Shown here: in pieces, positions 37,085 to 46,248 of the stretch
Layout: each line of letters begins with the position of its first letter
Numbering within the stretch: the first letter of the stretch is position 1
NCBI GenBank assembly: GCA_015233675.1
Contig: JADFXH010000009.1
Location: 22,339 to 86,338, forward strand
Reading direction: 5' to 3'
DNA: 64,000 nt
DNA from: Candidatus Omnitrophota bacterium
GTDB lineage: Bacteria > Omnitrophota > Gorgyraeia > Zapsychrales > Fredricksoniimonadaceae
The notes under the pieces: generated by a model
Databases searched by the model: none
What the model was told of the DNA's origin: nothing
Seen by the model: only the letters and a program-made list of their open reading frames with translations
Program-made: the position numbers and the translations under genes

Positions 37085-38308
37085 TTATTTAAAAATCTCT
37101 TTAGCCCGGTAAATGGCTTTGACTAAAATATCGATTTCTTCTTTCGTATTGTAAAATGCTAACGATGCACGGGCGGTCGCAGGCACTTTAAAAAACTCCA
37201 TGACCGGCTGGGTGCAATGGTGCCCGGTGCGGATAGCCACCCCGTCTTCATCGACAATGGTCCCCAAATCATGAGGATGAATGCCTTCAACCACAAAAGA
37301 TAAAATGGATGTTTTTTCCCGAGCTGTCCCAATCAGACGCACACCGGGGACAGAACATAAAATATTTGTACCATAAAAAAGCAGCTCCTTTTTATAAGCA
37401 GCCATATTCTCAAGACCAATAGCCTGCACATATTTTATTGCCGCATTGAGACCTATGACCTCGGCAATAGCGGGTGTGCCAGCCTCAAATTTATAAGGCA
37501 AAACATTATAAGTTGTTTTAGCAAAGGAGACTGAGGCAATCATGTCACCCCCTCCCTGATAAGGCGGCATGGATTCTAAAAATTGCTGTTTGCCATAAAG
37601 AACGCCTATGCCGGTGGGGCCGAATATTTTATGCCCCGAAAAAGCAAAAAAGTCGCAGTCAAGCGCCTGTACATCCACCGGATGATGAGTCACCGCCTGA
37701 GCTCCATCGACTAAAACAGGAATATTACGGGAGTGGGCTTCTTTAATGACCCGGGCGATAGGATTTATTGTCCCCAGAGAATTGGACACATAAACCATGG
37801 CCACTAAACGCGTTTTAGGCGTCAATAAGCGGACGAATTCTTCATAAAGAAGTTCGCCTTTTTGATTCATGGGTGCAACTTTTAATGTACAGCCAATTTG
37901 CTGGCAAAGAATCTGCCAGGGAACGATGTTGGAATGGTGCTCCATTGCGGAAATAAGAATTTCATCACCTTCCTTAAAAAATGTACGGCCGAAAGACTGG
38001 GCAACCAGGTTAATTGACTCTGTAGTACCTCTTGTAAAAATAATCTCCTGCGTACTTTTGGCATTAAGGAACACTTTGACAGTCTGGCGGGAATCCTCAT
38101 AAGCTTTTGTCGCCTGCTCACTTAAGAAATGCACCCCTCGATGCACGTTGGAGGCCCCATGAGCATAATGATTACTAATGGCATCGACCACATATTGAGG
38201 CTTAAATGTGGTTGCGGCATTGTCCAGATAGACTAAGGGCTTCCCGTAAACTTTAAGATTAAGGTTAGGAAAATCCTTACGGAGTTTTTGTACGTCCAGA
38301 GCAGGCAT
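37085..38308 (-). CDS. sufS: cysteine desulfurase
   Basis: 407 aa. SGHKIFGPTGIG PLP-lysine motif and RTGHHCTQP catalytic Cys. Confidence 0.92.
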   Translation of the reverse strand: MPALDVQKLRKDFPNLNLKVYGKPLVYLDNAATTFKPQYVVDAISNHYAHGASNVHRGVHFLSEQATKAYEDSRQTVKVFLNAKSTQEIIFTRGTTESINLVAQSFGRTFFKEGDEILISAMEHHSNIVPWQILCQQIGCTLKVAPMNQKGELLYEEFVRLLTPKTRLVAMVYVSNSLGTINPIARVIKEAHSRNIPVLVDGAQAVTHHPVDVQALDCDFFAFSGHKIFGPTGIGVLYGKQQFLESMPPYQGGGDMIASVSFAKTTYNVLPYKFEAGTPAIAEVIGLNAAIKYVQAIGLENMAAYKKELLFYGTNILCSVPGVRLIGTAREKTSILSFVVEGIHPHDLGTIVDEDGVAIRTGHHCTQPVMEFFKVPATARASLAFYNTKEEIDILVKAIYRAKEIFK

Positions 38309-38324
38309 TTGCCCTCCTCCCTAA

Positions 38325-38345
38325 CCCTCCCCAGCAGGGGGAGGG
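38325..38345. repeat. hairpin with CCCTCCCC and GGGGAGGG arms upstream of sufS
   Basis: Perfect 8-bp stem, 12 nt upstream of the GGGAGGAGGG Shine-Dalgarno-like tract of sufS. Confidence 0.7.
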
Positions 38346-38354
38346 AATAATTGG

Positions 38355-39671
38355 CTAAAGCTTAACTTCCGGGAATTTCTTAAGCAACAGGCGGCTTAAT
38401 TTGCCGCGGATAGAATTGTTCTTGACGGTGCTGATAATATCGTCAATGAATCCTCTTGATAATAATCGAATAGCCGTATGTTTAGGAATGCAACGGCTTT
38501 GCAAATAAAAAATTTCCTCTTCACTTAACTGGCCGATAGTGGCTCCATGGGTGCATTTGACATCATCCGCAAAAATTTCCAGCTGAGGCTTTGTATCCAC
38601 ATGCGCCTGACTGCCTAACAATAAATGTTTATTAAGCTGATATGCGTCTGTATTTTGAGCAATGGCATGCACATAAATCTTGCCGTTAAAAACAGCCCTG
38701 GAGGAATCATTAAGCAATCCTTTATAAAGCTGATACCCAGTGCAGTTAGGATGCTGAATATCCAACAAGGTATGATTATCAACATGCTGGTTACCGTCAA
38801 TAGCGTAAAGACCATTCATGACCGTATTTGTCCTCTCGCCTTTAATCAAAACGGATAAATTATTACGTATCAATGCTCCGCCATTATTAAAAGAAAAAGA
38901 ATCAAGGGAACTTGCTTTTCCCTGCCATATGCGGGTCGTGCCAATATGCACGGCCTGATGGCTTTCCGACTGGACCTTGCAATAACCGACATCGGCATTT
39001 TCTGCAACGCGAACATCGGTCAAGGCGACAGATAAATAAGACACCGGCTCAAAACCAAGATGGCTTTCCAGAATATTCACCCTGGCTGCCTCTGCCACCG
39101 AAATAAAAGCACGGGGAAAAACAACGGTATTAGCTTCAATCCCACTGGTCACATGAATAATGTGGACCAAAGGCTCAATGACGGCATTTGAGGCTACCTG
39201 AATATAGACTCCGTCTAAAAAAAGCGCCTGGTTCATCCACAAGAATGCCTTGGCATCATTGGGAGTAATCTTTGAAATAGTCTCCTGGATTTCAGCATTG
39301 TTATGCGCCAATGCCTCATTTAATGAGGAAACCACAAGCCCATGAGGCAAATGTTTTAAATCTGATAATTCAGCCCACAAAACACCATTGACCAAAACAA
39401 TGTTAATATCACCCTCGCTGCGGTAATTCTTAAATTGCTTGTCTTCAATCAATTGATGGCGCAAGGCCAATTGATAACGGCGCATGACCACATCAGCCAA
39501 GGGGGTGTATTTCCATTCTTCGTCTTTAGGCTTGGGAATGCCAACCTGGACCCATTGATCAAAATTTAAATGACGAAAAGCCTTAAGCCATGCACCGCAG
39601 TTGTTTTCTAATTTAGACCGATACTCTTGCAGGCCTTCAATATCCAAGGGAGTCTGTTGCTGTGTCATCAT
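38355..39671 (-). CDS. sufD: Fe-S cluster assembly protein SufD
   Basis: 438 aa. SufB/SufD beta-helix C-terminal pattern (DVKCTHGATIGQL), between sufC and sufS. Confidence 0.88.
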   Translation of the reverse strand: MMTQQQTPLDIEGLQEYRSKLENNCGAWLKAFRHLNFDQWVQVGIPKPKDEEWKYTPLADVVMRRYQLALRHQLIEDKQFKNYRSEGDINIVLVNGVLWAELSDLKHLPHGLVVSSLNEALAHNNAEIQETISKITPNDAKAFLWMNQALFLDGVYIQVASNAVIEPLVHIIHVTSGIEANTVVFPRAFISVAEAARVNILESHLGFEPVSYLSVALTDVRVAENADVGYCKVQSESHQAVHIGTTRIWQGKASSLDSFSFNNGGALIRNNLSVLIKGERTNTVMNGLYAIDGNQHVDNHTLLDIQHPNCTGYQLYKGLLNDSSRAVFNGKIYVHAIAQNTDAYQLNKHLLLGSQAHVDTKPQLEIFADDVKCTHGATIGQLSEEEIFYLQSRCIPKHTAIRLLSRGFIDDIISTVKNNSIRGKLSRLLLKKFPEVKL

Positions 39672-39736
39672 ATTTTCTCTTTTAGTCTATTAAATATTTA
39701 ATAACGCGCATGCCGCAAAACGAGCGGCCAGCCCTA

Positions 39737-40489
39737 TTATTTTATCAGCCAATCGTAACCTCGGTTTTCTACTTCCAGGGCCAATTCTTTGCCTTCAGAC
39801 TTGATGATTTTACCGTCGTGAAGAATATGAACAAAATCAGGCTGGATATAATTAAGCAGACGTTGATAGTGAGTGATCAAAATAATAGCATTGTCCTTTC
39901 TACGCAATTTATTGACCCCTTCTGCGACAATTTTCATGGAGTCTATGTCGAGGCCGGAATCCGTTTCATCCAGAACAGCCAAACGCGGATTTAAAACCGC
40001 CATTTGTAAGATCTCATTACGCTTCTTTTCTCCTCCTGAAAAATCCACATTGACCGGCCGGTCAATAAATTTTTCATCCATGCTAAACAGCTTCATTTTC
40101 TCATGGAGGTATTTATCAAAATCGATAGGGTCCATTTCTTCTGCCCCCTGATGACGGCATATCGCATTAAAGGCCGCGCGTAAAAATACAGAGCTTGGCA
40201 CCCCCGGAAGTTCAACGGGGTATTGAAATGCTAAAAACACACCTTCCCTAGCACGCTCGTCAGGCTCCATTCCCAGTAAATTTATTTTCTTGAAGTTGAC
40301 CTCATAATCAATAGTCCCTCCGGTAACTTCATATTGCGGATGACCCGCGATCACCTTGGATAAAGTGCTTTTACCCGAACCATTAGGCCCCATGACTGCG
40401 TGTACTTCTCCTGCATTAACATTCAAATTAATTCCCTTTAATATTTCCTTGCCTTCGATACCGGCATGCAGATCCTTTATTTCTAACAT
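39737..40489 (-). CDS. sufC: Fe-S cluster assembly ATPase SufC
   Basis: 250 aa. GPNGSGKST Walker A, FSGGEKKR signature and LDETDSGLD Walker B. Confidence 0.93.
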   Translation of the reverse strand: MLEIKDLHAGIEGKEILKGINLNVNAGEVHAVMGPNGSGKSTLSKVIAGHPQYEVTGGTIDYEVNFKKINLLGMEPDERAREGVFLAFQYPVELPGVPSSVFLRAAFNAICRHQGAEEMDPIDFDKYLHEKMKLFSMDEKFIDRPVNVDFSGGEKKRNEILQMAVLNPRLAVLDETDSGLDIDSMKIVAEGVNKLRRKDNAIILITHYQRLLNYIQPDFVHILHDGKIIKSEGKELALEVENRGYDWLIK

Positions 40490-41952
40490 TAACCGACACT
40501 CCCTTCCAATTTCATTTCCAATAATTTAACAGCCTCAACCGAAAACTCCAGGGGCAGCTCTTTAAAAACGTCCTTGCAAAAACCATTAATGATCAAAGAA
40601 ACAGCTTCTTCCAAATCCAAACCGCGTGAACGCAAATAAAACATCTGTTCCGCATTGATTTTGGAAGTAGAAGCCTCATGTTCTACGACAGCCGTATTGT
40701 TTTTAACCTCAATATAAGGGAAGGTGTTGGCTGAGCAATGATTCCCCACCAGCATGGAGTCGCATTGGGAAAAATTACGAGCCCCATCCGCGCTCGGCAT
40801 TATCTTGACTAATCCGCGATAACTGTTGTGTGCAAAATCCGAAGAAATACCTTTAGAGACAATGGTGCTTTTGGTGTTTTTCCCGATATGGATCATCTTG
40901 GTCCCGGTATCCGCGGTCATGTGATTATTAGTCAAGGCCACAGAATAAAATTTCCCGACTGAATTTTCCCCCTGCAAAATAACGCTGGGGTATTTCCAGG
41001 TAATGGCACTTCCTGCCTCCACCTGGGTCCAGGAAATCTTGGAATTTAACCCTGCGCATTTACCGCGCTTGGTTACAAAATTATAAATACCGCCAAGCCC
41101 ATTTTTATCACCGGAATACCAGTTTTGTACCGTCGAATATTTGATCTCGGCATTGTCTAAAGCCACCAGCTCAACGACCGCCGCGTGCAATTGATTGGTG
41201 TCACGCATGGGGGCAGTACAACCTTCCAGATAACTGACATAACTGCTGTCTTCAGCAATAATCAAGGTGCGTTCAAACTGACCGGTATCCTCGGCATTAA
41301 TACGAAAATAGGTGGAAAGATCCATCGGGCAGCGTACATTTTTGGGTATGTAGCAAAATGAACCATCAGAAAAGACCGCTGAATTTAAAGCCGCAAAGAA
41401 ATTATCCGTATAAGGAACCACAGATCCTATATATTTCTTAACCAGGTCAGGATGGTTAATAACAGCTTCAGACATGGAACAAAATATAATGCCGTATTTG
41501 GCCAATTCTCCCTGGTGTGTCGTCCCTACGGATATACTGTCAAAAACAGCATCGACTGCAACACCGGTCAGACGCTTTTGCTCGCTTAACGCTATGCCCA
41601 AACGGTCAAAAGTCTTAAGAAGCTCTTCATCAACCTCTTCCAAGCTCGCGGGTTTTTCTTTTTTTTGCTTGGGGGCTGAATAATAATATATATCCTGATA
41701 GTCTATAGGCCCATACTCAAAGTTGGGCCACGTGGGCTCCTGCATTTTAAGCCAATGACGAAAAGCCTTTAAACGCCACTCAAGCATCCACTCAGGTTCT
41801 TTCTTCTTAAAAGAAATAAGGCGCACCGTATCTTCATTGAGACCTTTGGGAGGCTTATCTTCCGCAATATCCGTATGAAATCCATAACGGTATTCGCCGG
41901 CACCTGATAATTTATTGTCTTGTAATTCTTTTTGTTTAACGTTATCTGACAT
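40489..41952 (-). CDS. sufB: Fe-S cluster assembly protein SufB
   Basis: 487 aa with highly conserved SufB sequence (e.g. [10 protein letters not shown]). Confidence 0.93.
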   Translation of the reverse strand: MSDNVKQKELQDNKLSGAGEYRYGFHTDIAEDKPPKGLNEDTVRLISFKKKEPEWMLEWRLKAFRHWLKMQEPTWPNFEYGPIDYQDIYYYSAPKQKKEKPASLEEVDEELLKTFDRLGIALSEQKRLTGVAVDAVFDSISVGTTHQGELAKYGIIFCSMSEAVINHPDLVKKYIGSVVPYTDNFFAALNSAVFSDGSFCYIPKNVRCPMDLSTYFRINAEDTGQFERTLIIAEDSSYVSYLEGCTAPMRDTNQLHAAVVELVALDNAEIKYSTVQNWYSGDKNGLGGIYNFVTKRGKCAGLNSKISWTQVEAGSAITWKYPSVILQGENSVGKFYSVALTNNHMTADTGTKMIHIGKNTKSTIVSKGISSDFAHNSYRGLVKIMPSADGARNFSQCDSMLVGNHCSANTFPYIEVKNNTAVVEHEASTSKINAEQMFYLRSRGLDLEEAVSLIINGFCKDVFKELPLEFSVEAVKLLEMKLEGSVG

Positions 41953-41980
41953 ATATTATTCCCTTGCCTCGCTCCGGTTC

Positions 41981-42029
41981 TGTCAAAATTCTTGCAGGCT
42001 CGTCCATTGCACTCATATAACTTTTGATA
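41981..42029. repeat. TGTCAAAA-ended element, minimal 49-nt form
   Basis: TGTCAAAATTCTTGCAGGCTCGTCCATTGCACTCATATAACTTTTGATA lies between the sufB start and the Rrf2 stop, overlapping the last Rrf2 codons. Confidence 0.7.
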
Positions 42030-42492
42030 CTACCTCGACTCCCTGCATAAAATGCTTAGTCCGGATTTGCCGTTCACCTTGATTACGCGAAGAAATCAAA
42101 TCACGCACATTGATGGTTTTAAACAGTTCTGAAAGCCGTTCATTCAAATTCAGCATGGGCGAAATGACATTGCATTGGGAGGTCATATCGCAATTCGAGT
42201 AATTGCCATGGAAGCAATTAACGATCTTGATAGGCCCCTCAATGATCTGAGTTAAATCAAAAAGCGTGATTTTCGAAAGGTCCTTGAGTATCTGGTAGCC
42301 GCCATGGGCCCCTTGCTCAGCGCGAACGATCTCATTTTGAGCCATGATCTGTAAAACGCGCGAAGTTGGGTCAAAAGGCGTATGGTATATATCACAAATT
42401 TCCTTGGCTGAGCTCAACTGGCCCGGCGCTTTACTGCTCATATGCCGCAAGGAGATCAGGGCATATTCTAATTTACGATTAATTTTAAACAT
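42013..42492 (-). CDS. Rrf2-family transcriptional regulator (IscR/SufR-role candidate)
   Basis: 159 aa. N-terminal wHTH (RKLEYALISLRHMS) and three clustered Cys (NCFHGNYSNCDMTSQC) compatible with an Fe-S ligand set. First gene of the suf cluster. The last ~5 codons lie in a 49-nt TGTCAAAA-type element. Confidence 0.8.
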   Translation of the reverse strand: MFKINRKLEYALISLRHMSSKAPGQLSSAKEICDIYHTPFDPTSRVLQIMAQNEIVRAEQGAHGGYQILKDLSKITLFDLTQIIEGPIKIVNCFHGNYSNCDMTSQCNVISPMLNLNERLSELFKTINVRDLISSRNQGERQIRTKHFMQGVEVVSKVI

Positions 42493-42518
42493 ATCCCCCC
42501 TAACTCCCTCTTTGGTTC

Positions 42519-42714
42519 TGTCAAAATTCCGCTTCTAGATGACGCGGGTCCTGTCCTTAGTCTCAACGTTAAGGTGCTCCTCAGACGGGGGCAACCTTAA
42601 CAGCAGCACCGACGGTGATATTCCCTATACCGCCCACTTGAGCAGGTGCCGTGCGCGCCTTAACATTGAAACTAAGGACACCCGCTAATCCATGTTTTCA
42701 TAAAACTTTTGACA
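42519..42714. repeat. TGTCAAAA-ended element with GC-rich structured cargo (196 nt)
   Basis: Ends are TGTCAAAATTCC... and ...AAAACTTTTGACA. The inner long stem GCGGGTCCTGTCCTTAGTCTCAACGTTAAGG (42544-42574) pairs with CCTTAACATTGAAACTAAGGACACCCGC (42658-42685), enclosing a GC-rich ~80-nt core. Confidence 0.75.
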
Positions 42715-42744
42715 CAACCCCCTCTTTTACTAAAGAGGAAAAAT

Positions 42745-43077
42745 TTAGGAAATTTGATTAACCTTTGCAGCCACAATCAAATCATTCTCGGTAATTCCGC
42801 CAAGAGAATGCGTATATAAAACCACTTTCAAGTTCTTATACCCGGTCAAATGCAAATCCGGATGGTGCATTTCATCCTCCGCAATATCTTTAATCTTATT
42901 GATAAAATTAACGCAGGCGACAAAATTCTTCAATATAAAGGCACGTTCAATGCTTTTGCCATCTTTACCCAAAACCCAACCCGAAATTTCAGCTAACCGG
43001 GATTGGGCTTCATCAGAAGTATAGGCCCGCCCAATACCTTCACAAGGCACACATTTTTTCTTAGTAAGCTGTCCCAT
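42745..43077 (-). CDS. phhB: pterin-4-alpha-carbinolamine dehydratase
   Basis: The conserved part starts at MGQLTKKKCVPCEG (43077) and contains the EMHHPDL motif. The track start at 43179 is probably over-extended. Confidence 0.8.
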   Translation of the reverse strand: MGQLTKKKCVPCEGIGRAYTSDEAQSRLAEISGWVLGKDGKSIERAFILKNFVACVNFINKIKDIAEDEMHHPDLHLTGYKNLKVVLYTHSLGGITENDLIVAAKVNQIS

Positions 43078-43651
43078 ACTCCTGCTCCTGCATATACCCA
43101 TCAGTTTGTACCGTGATTTCAGGATTATATTGGTCACGTAATATATTCTCAATAACATTAAGGGTTCCCATCGTGGCACTGGGGCATGAGCCGCACGCTC
43201 CCTGGTAATGAACCGTCAAATTGATCCCATCAAAACTCACAATTTGAAGGTCCCCTCCGTCCATTTGAAGCCCCGGGCGTATAGTATTATCTAAAATCGC
43301 ACTGATCTTAGCAATTTCAGGATCATCAGAACCTGCTATTGATGGTTTTTTATTTTCCTCTACCTGAAAATTGGGATCATGGTCCGCGGCATATTCTAAA
43401 ACAATCTTTTTGATCTGTTCCTGGATTTGATCCCAGTCTAAACTGCCATCCTGGGTCACTGTGACATAATTATCAAAAAAATAAACTTCTGTGATATTAG
43501 GAATGGTAAATAAAGCTGCGGCCATGGGATTATGAACGCATTGTTGGGCATTTTTATACGAAACCTTGCCTTGGGTTTTAAGAGGAACATTTAAAATAAA
43601 TTTAAGCGCGTTTGGATTTGGCGTGCTCTGAACCATCATTTTAATTTCCAT
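43061..43651 (-). CDS. Nfu/NifU-like Fe-S scaffold (Nfu_N + NifU C-terminal CxxC domain)
   Basis: TPNPNALKF Nfu_N motif and GACGSCPS. The likely start is MEIKMMVQ (43651), with TAAGGAGAG upstream; the track start is 43798. Confidence 0.82.
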   Translation of the reverse strand: MEIKMMVQSTPNPNALKFILNVPLKTQGKVSYKNAQQCVHNPMAAALFTIPNITEVYFFDNYVTVTQDGSLDWDQIQEQIKKIVLEYAADHDPNFQVEENKKPSIAGSDDPEIAKISAILDNTIRPGLQMDGGDLQIVSFDGINLTVHYQGACGSCPSATMGTLNVIENILRDQYNPEITVQTDGYMQEQEYGTAY

Positions 43652-43839
43652 ACCGTACACTCTCCTTACAGGCCCTGCCGATTGCCCGCACCGCGCTTTA
43701 TTGCGGCAGCTATCAGAACAAACAGGACTATATACTTCGACTTTTGACGTATATAGATTACCACGATTCAATCGGTTTGACAAGAAAGTTGTGGCCAAGT
43801 TGTGGCCAATGGCAGGAGATTTTAAAGAGTTTTTTGACT

Positions 43840-45876
43840 TTATCTATCCACTAATGCTTTAATAGCGGGCAGGGCCTTATGGGCGGCTTCTTCGCCGCGT
43901 TTAATCAATTCGTTGACTTTGTTCAGTTCATACCATTGGATGCCCCTTAAGTCCGGATGGATCAGGACATCAGCCTGTTTGGCGCTTTGCTCTGCTATCA
44001 CAAATTCAGTTGCCTGCAGGGTCCGCACGATAATATCCGCAATATTAGGCGTAAATATTTTTGAAAAAATCCTGTGTAAACGAAAACCTATATACTTGAA
44101 AGGATGTTTGGAAAAAGGAAGGTCAAAAAATTTAATTAAATTTTCATCTTCCTTTTTTTGAGACCAATCCACTTCTTCGGGGGATTGCAAAACATTGACC
44201 GCAATGATCTTTTTAACACCCATCTGCGTCAATACATTTGTCGGCAGCGGATTTAATACGCCGCCGTCAATAATCATTTGTTTGCCTTCCATGATAGGCC
44301 TGATAACACCGGGGATGGCTATACTTTTACAAACAGCATCGACCAAAGAGCCGTCGCTCACAACAATTTCTTTTCGATGAAAAAGGTCATAAACAACTAT
44401 CCGTATCGGAATTTTACTATCGTGAAATGTTTTGTTTTCCAATTTTCCCTTAAGCCACTGGCGTATGCCCTCTCCTCCCACAAAACCCGCGATCGGGACA
44501 ATGGGGTCATAAATATTAAGCAGCCCCATAATATTTTCAAATTCACGGCCATATTCTTCCATATCATCCGCGGTATGTCCCAGAGACCATATGCTCCCGA
44601 TTAAAGCCCCCATACTGCTTCCGACAACAATATCAATGGGAATTCCTTCGCGTTCCAAAACCCTGATAACTCCGATATGAGTTATGCCTAATGCAGCTCC
44701 GCCTCCTAAAACAAGCCCAATCATCACATTGCTGATTTGACGAGAGAGACGGCGTATAGTTTGAGCGTATTCACTCTTGGCTTCCACCTCAACAAATGTA
44801 AATCCCGGAATTATTTTCTTACATGTAAACTCCGAAGCCTGTAAATAAGGCAAAAAAAGAAAAACATCATAGTTTAGAATTTTTTTAATTTCTTCGGGAG
44901 AAAAGCGGTTTTCTGTTTTGACCCCGCTGATAATAACCTGAACCCTCTCAGCATCGAATCTTTCTTTGAGCTGCTCACTGATCTTATCAATCACTTGACG
45001 GGTAGTATCCAGATCCCTTTCATTGTCAACGCTGACTAGATGAACAACGTCAGCTTGTGTCAACGTTTTCATGACTACATCATCCATTTCATTGGGCAAA
45101 TCCAGTACAATATAATTGTAGTCATTCACCAGCGCGCTGACAAATTGGCTGATATTGCTCATAAGTGTCGTATTTTGCTGATCAAATTTAGCACTTAAAA
45201 GATCAACGCTCAGCGCCCCCTTGATGATCGTATTTAGAATAGAATGATGATCCCCTGCAATATGCGTCAAATCCATGCGATCCTCACTCATGTCGGAAGA
45301 CAGACTGAAAAGTAATATCCGTTTATCCGTCTGTTCTTTTAAACCTAAAGCCAGATTCGTAGCATAAGTGGAAGCGCCGGCCCCCTGTACAGGCGCGTAG
45401 ACGGCAATAATGGTGCTTTCTTGAGTATTTTTAGTATGAGTGACCTGTTTGCGTATTCGTTGAGACAAGCTCTGGCTTAAGGCCACTGCCAACTGGGGGA
45501 TTGATTTAAGCAGTTGTGAAAAACTGTCTTTGTTGATCTTGATAACAACGGAATCATTAATTGCCTCATATGTTCGGGAATGATTTTCTCCGGTCAATGT
45601 TGAGACAATACCAAATTGCATCCCGCGCAGGATAAAATCAACATCTTCTTTGTGGCCGGAAGGATTAAGGCTGTAAGAATAAACCCGTCCCGAAACCAGG
45701 GCATAAAAAGCATCCGCAGGCGCACCCTGCTGGCAAATAATGTCACCTTTGTTAAAGTCAACAATTTCAACGCAACGGCTGATGCGGTTTAATACAAACC
45801 AATTTAAACCCTGAAAAATAGGGATTTGCTTTAAAATTGGTATTTTATTGTTAAAAAATGATGGAAGCGCTGTCAT
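43840..45876 (-). CDS. three-domain protein: cNMP-binding (CAP_ED) + degenerate ParA/MinD-like domain + patatin-like phospholipase
   Basis: 678 aa. N-terminal FQGL...KGD.I..QG...D.FY.LVSGRV cNMP-binding pattern. The middle IIAVYAPVQGAGASTYATNLALGL looks like a Walker-A region without the lysines. The C-terminal patatin motifs are GGGAALG, GSSMG and DGG. Confidence 0.7.
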   Translation of the reverse strand: MTALPSFFNNKIPILKQIPIFQGLNWFVLNRISRCVEIVDFNKGDIICQQGAPADAFYALVSGRVYSYSLNPSGHKEDVDFILRGMQFGIVSTLTGENHSRTYEAINDSVVIKINKDSFSQLLKSIPQLAVALSQSLSQRIRKQVTHTKNTQESTIIAVYAPVQGAGASTYATNLALGLKEQTDKRILLFSLSSDMSEDRMDLTHIAGDHHSILNTIIKGALSVDLLSAKFDQQNTTLMSNISQFVSALVNDYNYIVLDLPNEMDDVVMKTLTQADVVHLVSVDNERDLDTTRQVIDKISEQLKERFDAERVQVIISGVKTENRFSPEEIKKILNYDVFLFLPYLQASEFTCKKIIPGFTFVEVEAKSEYAQTIRRLSRQISNVMIGLVLGGGAALGITHIGVIRVLEREGIPIDIVVGSSMGALIGSIWSLGHTADDMEEYGREFENIMGLLNIYDPIVPIAGFVGGEGIRQWLKGKLENKTFHDSKIPIRIVVYDLFHRKEIVVSDGSLVDAVCKSIAIPGVIRPIMEGKQMIIDGGVLNPLPTNVLTQMGVKKIIAVNVLQSPEEVDWSQKKEDENLIKFFDLPFSKHPFKYIGFRLHRIFSKIFTPNIADIIVRTLQATEFVIAEQSAKQADVLIHPDLRGIQWYELNKVNELIKRGEEAAHKALPAIKALVDR

Positions 45877-45983
45877 AAATTGTTATCAAAAAAATGAAAA
45901 AACCGAAAATATTAAGAAAATGAATCTGTCTATTCTCAGTATAAACGGCATAGAAATAAAACGCAATCACTCTATCGTGTTTC

Positions 45984-46139
45984 TTAACGCTTGTTTCTTT
46001 TTGCGGTACGTTTCAAGGCTTTTGCCATACGGGCTAAAGCTTCTGCTTTACTTTTGCCCTCAGTTAAATGTTCACTGCAAATGGCAGCATACCCACTGCG
46101 GTTCTTAATTTTGAAAATAGCGATTTTCTTTTGTGCCAT
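45984..46139 (-). CDS. small basic hypothetical protein (51 aa)
   Basis: Below the ORF-track size cutoff. ATG at 46139 preceded by AAAGGGGGATGAGT. Translation: MAQKKIAIFKIKNRSGYAAICSEHLTEGKSKAEALARMAKALKRTAKRNKR. No family recognised. Confidence 0.4.
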   Translation of the reverse strand: MAQKKIAIFKIKNRSGYAAICSEHLTEGKSKAEALARMAKALKRTAKRNKR

Positions 46140-46248
46140 ACTCATCCCCCTTTTGGATTATCAGGACCTTTCTCGGCGTTGCTGTTGTGGAACGCATGGA
46201 CTTCCAAAAATATCCCAAGAGCTGTTTAATGCACTCCTTGAGCATAGC

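Noticed and set aside
41981-41991. The TTGACA inside the outward end GAATTTTGACAGAAC acting as a -35 box that drives sufB, the Rrf2 gene and argG.
   Set aside because: No acceptable -10 hexamer at 16-19 nt spacing in any of the three cases, and the start codons are too close. I keep it only as a remark under the TIR-element finding.
42715-42744. The hairpin CCTCTTT-ACTA-AAGAGG after the pterin dehydratase gene as an intrinsic terminator.
   Set aside because: On the transcribed (minus) strand the U-run precedes rather than follows the stem, so it is not a canonical terminator.
43840-45876. The cNMP-binding patatin protein as a CBASS/Pycsar-type antiphage effector.
   Set aside because: No nucleotide cyclase, CD-NTase or other defence gene is adjacent, and the neighbours are Fe-S, pterin and TPR genes. 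A housekeeping NTE-like role is at least as likely, and it cannot be decided from this window.
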